Of a stretch of DNA of 64,000 nt, positions 44,733-62,372 are shown piece by piece (position 1 is the stretch's first letter; the number at the start of each line of letters is the position of its first letter). Source of the stretch: Eledone cirrhosa (Eukaryota); NCBI GenBank assembly GCA_964016885.1, contig OZ024743.1, positions 68,510,001 through 68,574,000 of the forward strand, read 5' to 3'. Below the pieces are notes generated by a model. It was not told the DNA's origin. It saw only the letters and a list, made by a program, of their open reading frames with translations, and made no database searches. The translations under genes were made by a program, and so were the position numbers.

Positions 44733-45272
44733 CACACATCTATATATAATAAACGTAATGAAGGAGTAACAAATCGCCCTTGTTTTATTTTATTTTACTA
44801 TATATATATATCATACTCACACACACACGCACACATATATATATTTATATGCGTGTGTGTATGTGTGTATATGTAAACCTGTGTATTAGTGGAAATGTTT
44901 GTGCGTATATGTATGTGAGCGTGCATGTATCTGTGTATATATGTATATTGGTGTAAAATTAATGATTGGGGACAAATGTACTGGAGGATGTTGAACAATT
45001 GAACGGATTTAGGTATATTTGAAACTAAATGTAGATATAGACACAAGGGATTTGGGAATGAAAGGGAACAGAAAATGTGTACACGCATTCAAATCTCGTT
45101 CTTAAGTCCCCTAAGCTGAGAGCCATATATACATACACGAATAAAGACGCGCGCGTACGTATATACATATGCATATATATATATATGTGTATATATATAC
45201 ATATATATACATATATGCATACAGATATATATATATACACACACATATATACATGAATATATATGCACACAC

Positions 45273-45352
<80 letters not shown>

Positions 45353-45415
45353 GAATGGAGAGGGTGCATGTGTGAATGTATGTTTTCATATTCTTATACA
45401 TATGCATATATATAT

Positions 45416-45490
<75 letters not shown>

Positions 45491-45534
45491 TGCAGAGCGA
45501 GCATGTATGTATGTATATCTTCATATTCTTATAC

Positions 45535-45617
<83 letters not shown>

Positions 45618-45635
45618 TATACATATACATATATA
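44377..45635. repeat. Compound (TA)n-rich microsatellite region
   Basis: Direct inspection. Confidence 0.85.
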
Positions 45636-46011
45636 ACAATACCAAGTTCTGAAACAACCAGCTGAGGGATATGAAAAATCCATCAAAAAACTAAAAGAAC
45701 ATAATTCCTTATCCATTATGTGTGTGTGTTTGTCTGTTAGTGTGTGCGTTTGTGTGTGTTTGAGATAGAATCTGTGTACATACATATAACCCACCCACCA
45801 AGAAGATTCCCCATTATCTGTCACACACTGGGGATACCAATTGGCAGTAAGAAACACCCCTCCTGATCCCAAATTTATCACCAAACAATGAAAGACAATT
45901 TGACAATGTGTGACAAACATATTTTCTTGCTAAAGTGAATTTATACATCGTATGTACGTTTATTTGAGTGAGTGTTTGCCTGTGTTTCTCTGTATGTGTG
46001 TGTATCAGAAT

Positions 46012-46072
<61 letters not shown>

Positions 46073-46368
46073 CACCGATTCTCACATTACATATTTCACA
46101 TCTCCGCCCTGTCAGTTCTCTTTATTTTTTTGTCGCCCACCTCTCGCTCTCTCTCTCTCTCTCTGTATAGCTGTACGATTGGGGAGAAAACTTGTGTACC
46201 ATTCAGCATCATGGCTAAATTTTTAAGAAGTTTTCTCCCCATTTATTAGTTCCCGGGTTCCATCACTCCACGTAGATTCATTGACAAGTATCATTTGTCA
46301 CGTCCTTGGGTCGAATCAATCTTTATGATAGTAAATGTATTAAAACTATGTATTGTTGGTTTGTTCAT

Positions 46369-46401
<33 letters not shown>

Positions 46402-47490
46402 TGTATGCAGGTGTGTTCGTGTGTGCATGTGATTGTGTATGTATTCTTTTTTTTTTCGGCTTTCGTCAAATCGAACCGAGGGAACAATGTTTCCGTTGGT
46501 CTTTCCAATTGCTAATAATTTCTATCGGTCGCAACTCCATGTAGAAGGAGCAACGTGAAATAAAGTGTCTTGTATGTATACATGTGGTTATAACATGGAC
46601 GAATACTTAACAAATTCGCTTTCACTCATTAGCTTCCCAGTTCGAATCTACTGCGTGACTTCTTGAATGATTGTCATTTACCATAGCCTAGTGTCGACTA
46701 ATGTCTTGTGAGAGGGTTTGTGTAAATGGACAATATGGAAGACCCTTGAATGCACAGTAACTGTATTTCACTGTATCAGCCTTTCCACACGGCGTGACAC
46801 GCTGTATCTACCGGAGAATAACGTTAAGTATACACGTGTCTATGGAATGCTCAGGCACTTATTGGTTAATTGCATAAGCAGGCTGTTCTTCCTATCGAAC
46901 AATTACAACATTCAACGTTTAACTACATCTCTTACTGCACCTAAGTTTTATATTTTACAATTATACATATACTATCAATGTAGTCGTTTAGATTAGTAAA
47001 TCACCAACTATTGGTTGCTGTTGTTATCGCTTTTGTTGTTTGCTCTTGTTTCTATTTTTTATCGCCTCGAAGAATATTTCACAGACTTTCCTACCCACAC
47101 ATTCAACAGTTAGCTACAATAAACGACATTTATCTGAATATAAATCACAGTTAACCACATATAATCCATAGATAGCTGTGTCTATATAAACCACTGTTTC
47201 CAAAATATATTTCACATTTACTCTCACACATTCCACAATTACTCACAGATATTTCACAGCTATCCACCCGAAATTCGCCAATGCTACACCTGATATTCCC
47301 CATGCATACAAATGCACGCATGTTTTTGTGTGTGTGTCTATGTATATCATGATTCACACAATGTTTATTTTCTTGACATTTATACATAATCATATGTACT
47401 GTACATGCCCCTTTGATGCCGTGTAATGTACCTGAGCACTCTAGATAAGCACTCTAGACAATACTTTTCATTATAATGATTCTTATTATA

Positions 47491-47684
47491 AGGGCGGTGG
47501 ATTGGCAGTATCTGTAGAGGGTCGGACGCCATACTTTGAAGCATAGAGTTACCTCCCTTTATGATCTGAGTTCAAATCCCGCCGAGGTTAACTTTGCCTT
47601 TCATCCTTACGGGTTCGATAAAATAAAGTATCAGTAATGCACTGGAATAATTGCTGGCCTTGTGCCAAAAGTAGAACAATTATA
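47491..47684 (+). mobile_element. SINE family A copy
   Basis: Full length, colinear with the consensus. Confidence 0.85.
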
Positions 47685-47721
47685 ATGATTCTCATTATAT
47701 TCTCAAATTCATAACACACAT

Positions 47722-50700
47722 GTAATCCACAGTTTCCCGCTAGTAAGCCACAGTTACCCGCTAGTAAACCACAGTTACCCGCAAAAGATCCATAATTACC
47801 CGCAAGTAAGCTACAATTACCCGAGAGTAAGTCACAGTTACCCGCCAGTAAGTCACAATTACCCGCCATAAGCCACAGTTACTCGCTAGTAATCCACAGC
47901 TACCCGCCAGTAATCTATAATTACCAGCCAGTCAGCGACAGTTCCTCGCCAGTAAGTCACAATTACCCGCCAGTAATCCACAATCACCCTCCAGTAAGTC
48001 ACAATAACCCGCCGGTAAGTCACAGTTACCCGCCAGTAAGTCACAATTACCTGCCATAAGCCACAGTTACCCGCTAGTAATACGCAGTTACCCGTCAGTA
48101 ATCTATAATTACCAACCAGTCAGCGACAGTTCCTCGCCAGTAAGTCACAATTACCTGCCAGTAAGTCACAATTACCCGCCAGTAATCCACAATCACCCAC
48201 CGGTAAGTCACAGTTACCCGCCAGTATTCACAATCACCCGCCAGTAAGCCACAATCACGCGCCAGTAAGCCACAATCACGCGCCAGCAAGTCACGATCAC
48301 CCGCCAGTAAGTCACAATCACCCGCCAGTAAGCCACATCACCCGCCAGTAAGTCACAATCACCCGCAAGTAAGTCACAATAACCAGCCGGTAAGTCACAG
48401 TTACCCGCCAGTAAGTCACAATCACCCGCCAGTAAGCCACAATTACCCGCCAGTAAGCGACAATCACCCGCAAGTAAGTCACAATCACCCGCCAGTAAGC
48501 CACAATCACCCGCCAGTAAGCCACAATCACCCGCCAGTAAGTCATAATCACCAGCCAGTAAGTCAAAATCACCCGCCAGTATTCAAAATCACCCGCCAGT
48601 AAGCGACAATCACCCGCAACTAAGTCACAATCACCCGCCAGTAAGCCACAATCACCCGCCAGTAAGTCATAATCACCAGCCAGTAAGTCAAAATCACCCG
48701 GCAGTATTCACGATCACCCACCAGTAAGTCACAATCATCCGACAGTTAGCCACAATCACCCGCCATTAAGCCACAGTTACACGCCAGTAAGTCACAGTCA
48801 CCTTCCAGTAAATCACAATCACTCGCCAGTAAGTCACATCAACCGCCAGTAAGTCAAATCACCCGCCAGTAAGCCACAAAAACCCGCAAGTAACGTCACA
48901 ATCAGCCGCCCGTAAGTCACAATCACCCACCAGTAAGCCAGAGTTACCCGCCCGTAAGTCACAATTACCTGCCAGTAAATCACAATGACCCGCAGTAAGT
49001 CACAATCACCCGCCGGTAAGTCACAGTTACCCGCCAGTAAGTCGCAATCACCCGCCAGTAAATCACAATCACCCGCCAGTAAGCCACAATCACCCGCCAG
49101 TAAGCCAAAATCACCCGCCAGTAAGTCACAATCACCCGCCAGTAAGTCACCATCACCCGCCAGTAAGTCACAATCACCCGCCAGTAAGCCACAATCACCC
49201 TCCAGTAAGCCACAATCACCCGCCAGTAAGTCACAATCACCCGCCAGTAAGTCACAAAAACGCGCCAGTAAGTCACAATCACCCGCCTGTAAGTCACAAT
49301 CACCCGCCAGTAAGCCACGATCACCCGCCAGTATTCACAATCACCCGCCAGTAATCCACAATCACGCGCCAGTAAGTCACGATCACCCGCCAGTAAGTCA
49401 CAATCACCCGTCTGTAAGTCACAATCACCCGCCATTAAGTCACATCACCCGCCAGCAAGTCATAATCACCCGCCAGTAAGCCACAGTCACCCGCCAGTAT
49501 TCACAATCACCCGCCAGTAAGACACAATCACGCGCCAGCAAGTCACGATAAGTAGCGATCACCCGCCAGTAAGCCACCATCACCCGCCAGTAAGCCAAAA
49601 ATACCCGCCCGTAAGTCACAATCAGCCGCCCGTAAGTCACAATCAGCCGCCCGTAAGTCACAATCACCCGCCAGTAAGTCACAATCACGCGCAGTATGTC
49701 ACAATCACCCGCCAGTAAGTTACAATCATCCGCCAGTAAAACACAATGACCCTCCAGTAAGTCACAATCACCCGCCAGTAAGCCACAATCACCCCTCCAG
49801 TAAGTCACATAACCCGCCTGGAAGTCACAATCACCCGCCAGTAAGTCACAATCACAACGCCAGTAAGTCAAAATCACCCGCCAGTAAGCCACAATCACCC
49901 GCCAGTACGTCACAATCAGCCGCCAGTAAGCCACATCACCCGCCCGTAACTCACAATCACCCGCCAGTAAGTCACAATCACCCGACAGTTAGCCACAATC
50001 ACCCACCATTAAGCCACAGTTACACGCCAGTAAGTCACAATCACCTTCCAGTAAATCACAATCACCCGCCAGTAAGCCACAAACACCCGCCAGTAACGTC
50101 AAAATCACCCCCCCAAAAGTCACAATCACCCGACAGTAAGTCACAATCACCCGCCAATAAGCCACAATCACCCGCCAGTGAGCCACATTTACCGTCCAGT
50201 ATGTCACAATCACCCGCCAGTAAGTCACAATCATCCACCTGTAAACCACAATGACCCGCCAGTAAGTCACAATCACCCGCCAGTAAGTCACAATCATCCA
50301 CCAGTAAACCACAATCACCCGCCAGTAAGTCACAATCACCCTCCAGTAAATTACAATCACCCGACAGTAAGTCAAAATCACCCGCCAGTAAGCCACAAAT
50401 ACCAGCCAGTAATGTCACAATCAGCCGCCCGTAAGTCACAATCACCCGCCAGTAAGTCACAATCACCCGCCAGTAATGTCACAATCAGCCGCCCGTAAGT
50501 CACAATCACCCGCCAGTAAGTCACAATCACCCGCCAGTAAGTCACAATCACCCGCAAGTAAGTCACTATCACCCGCCAGTAAGTCACAATCACCCGCCTG
50601 TAAGCCACAGTTACCCGGCAGTAAGTCACAATCACCAGCCAGTAAGTCACAATCACCTGGCAGTAAGTCACAATCACCCGCCAGTAAGTCACAATCACCC

Positions 50701-51884
50701 GCCAATAAGTCACATTTACCCGCCAGTGATCCACATTTACCGGCCAGTAAGTCACTATCACCTGCCAGTAAGTCACGATCACACCCCAGTAAGTCAAATT
50801 CACCCGCCAGTAAGTCACGATCACCCGCCAGTAAGTCACGATCACACGCCAGTAAGACACGATCACCCGCCAGTAAGTCACGATCACACGCCAGTAAATC
50901 ACGATCACCCGCCAGTAAGTCACGATCACACGCCAGTAAGTCACAATCACCCGCCAGTAAGTCTCAATCACCCGCCAGTAAGTCACGATCACCCGCCAGT
51001 AAGTCACGATCACCCGCCAGTAAGTCACGATCGCCCACCAGTAAGCCACAATCACCCGCCAGTAAGTCTCAATCACCCGCCAGTAAGTCACGATCACCCG
51101 CCAGTAAGTCACGATCACCCGCCAGTAAGTCTCAATCACCCGCCAGTAAGTCACGATCGCCCGCCAGTAAGCCACAATCACCCGCCAGTAAGTCTCAATC
51201 ACCCGCCAGTAAGTCTCAATCAACCGCCAGTAAGTCACGATCACCCGCCAGTAAGTCACGATCACCCGCCAGTAAGTCTCAATCACCCGCCAGTAAGTCA
51301 CGATCGCCCGCCAGTAAGCCACAATCACCCGCCAGTAAGTCTCAATCACCCGCCAGTAAGTCTCAATCAACCGCCAGTAAGTCACGATCACCCGCCAGTA
51401 AGTCTCAATCACCCGCCAGTAAGTCTCAATCACCCGCCAGTAAGTCACGATCACCCGCCAGTAAGCCACAATCACCCTCCAGTAAGTCTCACTCAGCCGC
51501 CAGTAAGTCACAATCACCCGCCAGTAAGTCACGATGACCCGCCAGTAAGTCTCAATCAGCCGCCAGTATGTCACGACCACCCGCCTTTAAGTCACCATCA
51601 CCCGCCAGTAAGTCACGATCACCCGCCAGTAAGTTACAATCACCCGCCATTAAGTCTCAATCACCCGCCAGTAAGTCACAATTACCCGCCAGTAAGTCAC
51701 ATCACCCGCCAGTAAGCCACAATCACACACCAGTAAGTCTCAAACACCCGCCAGTAAGTCTCAATCACCCGCCAGTAAGTCACAATTACCCGCCATTGAG
51801 CCACATTACCCGCCAGTAAGCCACAATCACCCGCCAGTAAGTCACATCACCCGCCAGTAAGTCACATCACCCGCCAGTAAGCCA
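47722..51884. repeat. 21-bp tandem satellite, consensus GTAAGTCACAATCACCCGCCA, roughly 200 units
   Basis: Direct periodicity, with 7-aa repeats (SQSPASK / VIVTYWR) in the ORF track. Confidence 0.95.
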
Positions 51885-51958
51885 GTTAGTTACACACGTG
51901 TGAAATATTTTGACGACACATATTCCAGTCCTAACCACAAACATTCTATAGCAAAGAC

Positions 51959-52712
<754 letters not shown>

Positions 52713-52729
52713 TGGTTATGTAATGTTAG

Positions 52730-54146
52730 GGTTGTTGTTGTTGGTGCTGATGATGTGGTGGTGGTGATGCTTGAAAAGATGTTGATGATGATGTTGATGA
52801 TGATGACCGTGATGGTGTTGGGATTATGGTAATATGCTGGTGACGATAGTGATGATGTTTGTGGTGTTGGTGTTGTTAGTGGTGGTGGTGGTGATAATGG
52901 TGGTGGTGGTGGTGGTTGTGATAACGGTGTTGGTGGTGGTGGTGATAATGGTGGTGGTGGTGGTGGTGGTGGTGGTGGTGATAATGGTGGTGGTGGTGGT
53001 GGTGGTGATAATGGTGGTTGTGGTGGTGGTGATAATGGTGGTGGTGGTGGTGGTGATAATGGTGGTGGTGGTGGTGGTGGTGATAATGGTGGTGGTGGTG
53101 GTGGTGGTTATAATTGTGGTGCAGGTGGTGGTGATAATGGTGGTGGTGGTGGTGGTGATAATGGTGGTGGTGGTGGTGGTGATAATGGTAGTGGTGGTGG
53201 TGGTGGTGATAATTGTGGTGCTGGTGGCGGTGATAATGGTGGTGGTGGTGGTGGTGGTAGTGGTTATAATGGTGGTGATGGTGGTAGTGGTGATAATTGT
53301 GGTGCTGGTGGTGGTGGTGGTGGTGGTGGTGATAATGGTGGTGGTGGTGGTGATACTTGTGGTGCTGGTGGTGGTGATAATGGTGGTGGTGGTGGTGGTG
53401 ATAATGGTGGTGGTGGTGGTGGTGATAATGGTAGTGGTGGTGGTGGTGGTGATAAATGTGGTGCTGGTGGCGGTGATAATGGTGGTGGTGGTGGTGGTGG
53501 TAGTGGTTATAATGGTGGTGATGGTGGTAGTGGTGATAATTGTGGTGCTGGTGGTGGTGGTGGTGGTGGTGGTGGTGATGATAGTTGTTGTGGTGGTGGT
53601 GGTGGTGGTGGTGATAATTGTGGTGCTGGTGGTGGTGGTGATAATGGTGGTGGTGGTGGTGGTGGTGGTGATAATGGTGGTTGTCATAGTGATGATGATA
53701 GAGGTGGGGTGGCGGTGGTAGTGATAATGGTGGTCGTGGTGATAATGGTGGTGGTTATCATGGTGGTGGTGGTGGTGATAATTGTAGTGGTGGTGGTGGT
53801 TGTGATAATGGTGGTTATGTGGGTGATGGTGATAATAGTGGTGGTTATAATGGTGGTGGTGATAATTGTAGTGGTGGTGGTGTCGGTGGTGATGGGTGTG
53901 GTCTTGGTGATAGTGGTGATAATTGTGATAATAATGGTAGTCATGACTGCAATGGCGGTAGTGATCTTGCTGGCAGTTATGTGGTGTTGTTGTTGCTAGT
54001 GGTAGTGGTGGTGGTAATGGTGACATTATTTATTATGCTGGTGATAGTGTTGGTGTTGTTATTGTTGTAGCTGTTTGTAAAGATGATAGGTGTGATAATT
54101 GTGGTGATAATGGTAGTGATGACTGTAATGGTGGTAGTGATAATGG

Positions 54147-54177
<31 letters not shown>

Positions 54178-54342
54178 GGTTGTGTTGTTGTTGGTGGTGG
54201 TGGTGGTGGTGTTGGTTGGTGGTGGTGGTGGTGGTGGTGTTTGTGGTGGTGGTGAAAATTATGATAATGGTAACAATGAGGTCGATGAAAGTAATGGTGG
54301 GAGTTGTGTTGTTTTGTTTTTGTTGTTGTTATTTCTAGTGGT

Positions 54343-54374
<32 letters not shown>

Positions 54375-54470
54375 TGGTGGTGGTGGTCGTCGTCGTATTG
54401 GTGGTGGTGGTGGTGGTGGTGGCGGTGGTGATGGGGATGGAGGTGGTGGCGCCGGGCGGCGGTGTTAATG
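52730..54470. repeat. (GGT)n-based low-complexity tract with GATAAT punctuation
   Basis: Direct inspection. Confidence 0.9.
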
Positions 54471-54559
54471 AGGCTGATTATGTTTTTGAAGTTATTGCAG
54501 CTGTTGCTGTCGAGTCTGTTGGCTTTGATTTTCAGTTTAGAATCATAATCTCCATTATC

Positions 54560-56058
54560 CCAATCACCATCAACACCACCAACACACCACCACCAACATC
54601 ACCAACATACCACCACCATATCACCAACACCACCAATACCACCACCACACCACAACCAACATCACCAACATACCACCACCACATCACCAACATCACCAAT
54701 ACCACCAACACACCACAACTAACATCACCAACATACCACCACCACATCACCAACACCACCAATACCACCACCACACCACAACCAACATCACCAACATACC
54801 ACCACCACATCACCAACACCACCAATACCACCACCACACCACAACCAACATCACCAACATACCACCACCACATCACCAACACCACCAATACCACCACCAC
54901 ACCACAACCAACATCACCAACATACCACCACCACATCACCGACACCACCAATACCACCAACACACAACCACCAACAACACAACACCACCACACCAACAAC
55001 GCACCACCACCACATCACCAACGCACCACCACCACATCGCCAACACATAACCACCAACATCCCAAACACCACCAACACTACCAACACACCACCACCACAT
55101 CACCAACACACAACCACCACATCACCAACACACAACCACCACATCATCCGCACACCACCACCACATCACCAACACACAACCACCACATAACCAACACACC
55201 ACCACCACATCACCAACACACAACCACCACATCACCAACACACCACCACCACATCACCAACACACAACCACCACATCACCAACACACAACCACCACATCA
55301 CCAACACACCACCACCAACATCCCAAACCCCACCAATACCACCAACACACAACCACCAACATCACCAACACCACCACATCACCAACACACAACCACCACA
55401 TCATCCACACACCACCACCACATCACCAACACACCACCACCACATCACCAACACACAACCACCACATCACCAACACACAACCACCACATCACCAACACAC
55501 CACCACCAACATCCCAAACCCCACCAATACAACAACACACAACCACCACATCACCAACACCACCACAACAACAACACAACAGCACCACATCAACAACACA
55601 CAACCACCACACCATCAACACAAGTTCATCATCAAGACCATCGTCGCTATCAACGTTGCCATTATCAGCATCGTCACCATTAGCACCAACACACCGCCAC
55701 CACCACCATTACCATCATCACAACAAACACCACCAACACAACACAACCACCACCATCGCAAGACCACCACCAACACAACACCACCACCACCTCCATCATC
55801 ACAACCAGCACCACGAACACAACACCACCACCACCACCACCACCACCACCACCACTACCATCATCACAACCAACACAACAACACCACCAACACCACCACC
55901 ATCATCAGAACAAACACAACCTACACAACACCACCATCATCACAACCGACACAACAAAACCACCAACACCACCACTGCCATCATCACAACAGACACCACC
56001 AACAGAACACCACCACCTCCAACACTACTACTACTAGTACTACTACTACTACTGCTAG

Positions 56059-56111
<53 letters not shown>

Positions 56112-57523
56112 AGGTGACAACGCTGATTATCACTAACTATATCTTGATGGCTACTATCTATCCTTCTATCTGCATCTCCTCCATTATCTCTACGTGCACC
56201 ACCATCACTACTGCACTTGCTAACACCTACACCATCACCATCATCACAGTTATCTCCACCATCATCAAATCAACAACATTCACCGGTAATATAACAACAA
56301 GCAAAAGCCACCTGCACCATCATCCCACTATTTGCACCCTAACTGCTTCTCAACACCTCCAACACCACCCCACTATGACCATCACCACCAAAAACCACAT
56401 CAACACGACGCCCTCCACTATTACCATAGCTACGGATATCAAAAATTACTTTCAATTTCAGCATCATCACAACTGCCTTCACAACACCCTGTCCCTAATA
56501 CATCACCTCCATAATCATTACCACCACCACCACCACCACCAACAACAACACCAACACCACTACCACTACCGCCACCTACACCACCACCACAACCAACATC
56601 ACCACCACCACCACCACCACTACCAACACCACCGCCACCACCACCAAACCCACCACAATCATCACCACCATCACCACCACCACCACTACCACCACAACCA
56701 CCACCAACACCACCACCACAACCAACATCACCACCACCACCACCACCACCACTACCGACACCACCACCACCAACACCACCATCACAACCAACATCCCCAT
56801 CACCACCACCAACATCAATCACCAACATCACAACCAACAACACCACCACCAACATCACCACCACCGCCACCACCATCACCACCAGCATCACGACCAACAC
56901 CACCACCATCACGACGACCACCACCAACATCACAACCCACAACACCGCCACCAACATCACCACCTCCGCCACTGCCACCACTACCATCACCACCATCACG
57001 ACCAACACCACCATCATCACGGCGCCCACCACCACCACCACCGCCACCACCACCACTACCACCATCACGACCAACACCACCACCATCACGACCACCACCA
57101 CCGCCACCACGCAACATCAATCACCAACATCACAGCCAACAACACCGCCACCAACATCACCACCACCGCCGCCGCCACCACCACCACCACCACCATCATC
57201 ACGACGACCACCACCACAACCACCACCACCACCACTCAACAACACCACCAACATCACAACCAACAACACCGCCACCAACACCACCACCGCCACGACCACC
57301 ACCACCACCACCACCACCATCACGACCACCACCACCACCACCACCGCCACCACCTCCGCCACCGGCACCACCACCACCACTACCACCACTCAACATCACC
57401 ACCAACATCACAACCAACAACACCGCCACCAACAACCACCACCACCACCACCACCACCACCACTCAACATCACCACCACCACCACTCAACATCACCACCA
57501 ACAACAACATTACCACCAACTAC
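54560..57523. repeat. (CCA)/(CAA)-based low-complexity tract, including a 60-bp minisatellite (~54570-54960) and (TAC)n at 56024-56110
   Basis: Unit ccaacaccaccaataccaccaccacaccacaaccaacatcaccaacataccaccaccacatca is repeated about 6 times. Confidence 0.9.
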
Positions 57524-57765
57524 CAGATGAATTCCCTCATCAAGTATGTTTCTTTAAATTTTTCTCCTACATCTTAGTCATTACGTAAGGCTTGAGGCGA
57601 AACCGTTCCTCGGAATCTGCCGCGCTAATCAGATTTTCTAGTTACTCATTTTAAGAGATATCAAGCAACCAACTAAATTACTACGTTAGAAATTATCACA
57701 AACACTGGAAATTTACATCACTTAATGGAGAAATTAAAACGACGAACATAGAAATAAAAGTAAAA

Positions 57766-59480
<1,715 letters not shown>

Positions 59481-59972
59481 TATTTAGATATATGGACATA
59501 TATGTAGGTAGATAGATAGATCTACATACATATACAAGTGCGCGTATGTGTGGTGTGTGTGTTTCATATACATGCGACTGTATGTGTGTGTTTTGGTAGC
59601 TTTAAAACAGATACACGTGGACATTTCTATGTATAAACATAACAACATACACCCCGACGCACACAGACACACACAGACACACACCCACACACACATACAC
59701 AGTCACGGGGACATACACACACACTCACTCAAACTCATACACACACATACATAAATCATGACCTCAAAACCTACAAACTTTCATGTATAGTCAAGCACTT
59801 AATTACTGCTATAAACCAACTCATGTACTCCTTCATAAACACACATATATATAGTCATTCTCATGCACACCTACATACACTACTGTTTAATGTATTTGTG
59901 GAGGGTGTATGTATGTATATATATGTGAGAGTGTGTGTGTATGTAAGTGCGTGTCTACGTGTATGCGTCTGT

Positions 59973-60021
<49 letters not shown>

Positions 60022-60310
60022 TAAATATATATATACATGTGGGTGTGTTTATATATATGTTTGCATGTGTCAATATGTGAGTATATATATATATATGCGT
60101 GTGTGTATGTGTGTGTATGTATTTCTGTGTGTATGTATGTGTGTATGTGTGTGTGTGTGTGCGCGCGCGTGTGTACCCGTATAAATATGCCACTGAGGAA
60201 ATACATAATGTATCAATATACAATATACAAATAAATGCAAATGATTTCTTTCACTGCGCCTGTATCTTGGAATATTTACATACTGAAATCACACACATAC
60301 ACACACCCAT

Positions 60311-60354
<44 letters not shown>

Positions 60355-60631
60355 ATAGAAGGAAAAGTAGGTAGGTTGATAGAAAGATAGAAGTTAATGG
60401 TGAATATGTAGAAGTGGAAGCATGTTTAAATTATGTTCACATAATTTACTTTACTTTAATTTACAGTGAATATATTGATATTTCAAAGGTACTTTTCTAT
60501 TTTTTAAATTATATATGTTCTGGTCATTATCTATCAGTATTGAGGCCCAGGGAATATCTAACAGTACTGATTATCAATTAGATATATTGAAATATTCAAA
60601 ATTGATGGTAGCGACCATACAAATATTCTTT

Positions 60632-60669
<38 letters not shown>

Positions 60670-60673
<4 letters not shown>

Positions 60674-60898
60674 GGAGGTGAGTTTTATTGTAGTACAATA
60701 AAGCAATGCAGATATCGGATAAGAAGCACTCTACAATTTGTAGGACTGGAGTATAAATAATATATAAGATCAAAAGAGTTCCATGTATTTTATTATGCGC
60801 ATTTCAAAAACAAATATCATCATGCAATAACATTTGCGTTTTCGTCAGATAAAATAGGGAGACATGATATGAAGGTTAAAACACACTTGTGAATAGTG
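60670..60898 (-). mobile_element. Single-arm copy of the 31321-31745 family with a hammerhead motif at ~60788-60854
   Basis: Reverse complement ttttat-CTGACGA-aaacgcaaatgttattgcatgatgatatttgttttt-GAAA-tgcgca-TA-ataaaa. It has the same (TA)n junction sequence (gtaggaggtgag). Confidence 0.8.
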
Positions 60899-61293
60899 TT
60901 ACTAGAAAGCAAAAGAGAATTGATCAGGGATAGAGAGACAAGGAGTCAAAAGTTTTATAGTATATATATATATTATTGCTATATTATAGTATATATATAT
61001 ATATTATTGCTTTCTATACTTCTAGTAACTATAGTTTTTCCTCATCTGTTTCTCTCTGTCTTTCTTCTTTCTTTCTACTTTCTTCAATAATTTAAATTAT
61101 TTGAATCTCTAACAGTTATGTAAATTGCTATTATGTATTTTTAAGCCTTCTCACTCGCACTCTCTGTATTATATGTAACTTTTGTTCATGTCTCAATCTT
61201 AAGGTATATAAATATTGAGTTTTGTCATATCTTATTCACTACCATGACTGAATCTTAACCATATACTAAATTAGGGTATGTCTTGCATCATCT

Positions 61294-61360
61294 TATTTTA
61301 TCTGATGATGACGTACTGTTGAAGATAGCTCAGTACCTCTGAAATATGTATAATAAAATA
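61294..61360 (+). ncRNA. Type I hammerhead motif in a TA-terminated element (element ends ~61500)
   Basis: tattttat-CTGATGA-tgac gtactg ttgaagatagct cagtac ctct-GAAA-tatgta-TA-ataaaata. Confidence 0.7.
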
Positions 61361-61496
61361 AACTTGATCACACGAATGTCTATTCTTGTAATATTTTGAA
61401 TTAATATTAATAACTGCGGAAAACCAAACTGTTGAGTGCTTCCAATATATTGTAAAACTCATTCTTTGATTTATTCATTGAACCTTGTTTAACCTT

Positions 61497-61543
<47 letters not shown>

Positions 61544-61687
61544 TTCAAGAGTAACCAATCTCAAAGAGAGAGATGGAGATAGGAGAGGAGATAGGAGAGG
61601 AGACAGGACACCATAGTGAAAAACCAATATATGGAACTTTACATTTATGTAACATTCTTTCTTTATTTTAATTTATATTTTTTTGAA

Positions 61688-61806
61688 GTTCCGATGAGCC
61701 GCTCTATCTTTAAATATGTTAATTATTTTCAACAGAACCAGATCAATAATGGTATATAGTCATTCGATCCAGAGATATTATATGGAGTAGCGAAACAATT
61801 GTAAAC
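61688..61806 (+). ncRNA. Type I hammerhead-like motif, CCGATGA core, long helix II insert
   Basis: gtt-CCGATGA-gccgctcta...tggagtagc-GAAA-caattg-TA-aac. Confidence 0.5.
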
Positions 61807-61955
61807 GGACATTGTTATTATTAATATTATTACTATTATTCTCTACATTCCTTACATGAAACTAAAATATGTTGACAATTTTTAATAATGTCTTCCTTGT
61901 GAAATTTGTGGTCTTGTTTTGTTTAACTAATGAATATATATACACACACACACAC

Positions 61956-62024
<69 letters not shown>

Positions 62025-62214
62025 GTTTTGTTGGTTCACCACTGGATAGAACTGGTCATTCCGTGATGTAAAATTAGGAAAAGCACTCGACGTATGTAAC
62101 TCACCCATCTCGTTTCAAGGCGGTCACCCAGGCTGGCAATTGGTGGCTCTGGCCGCCTTCATGTCTTAAACATTTCTCTACCATTATTATATTCCTTTAT
62201 TAGATACATTTCGT

Positions 62215-62274
62215 AACACCTGACGAATTTACCGGGTCCTTGCAGAGCCCGGTCATTGAAATATGCATAGTGTT
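62215..62274 (+). ncRNA. Type I hammerhead motif
   Basis: aacac-CTGACGA-attt accggg tccttgcagag cccggt catt-GAAA-tatgca-TA-gtgtt, then AATAAA and (TA)n at 62330. Confidence 0.75.
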
Positions 62275-62325
62275 TATAATAAACTTTAAGGAATTTCACC
62301 AGTCCAGCCTCCGGTCATTTTATTC

Positions 62326-62372
<47 letters not shown>

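Noticed and set aside
47722-51884. Satellite as a CRISPR array or as repeat proteins (SQSPASK, VIVTYWR ORFs)
   Set aside because: Units are head-to-tail with no unique spacers, there are no cas genes and the context is eukaryotic. ORFs are open in several frames on both strands because of the 21-bp period.
54083-57577. 1164-aa ORF (poly-V/T/H/P, mucin-like)
   Set aside because: Read-through of stop-poor GGT/CCA triplet repeats. The composition flips mid-ORF and there is no domain or splice evidence.
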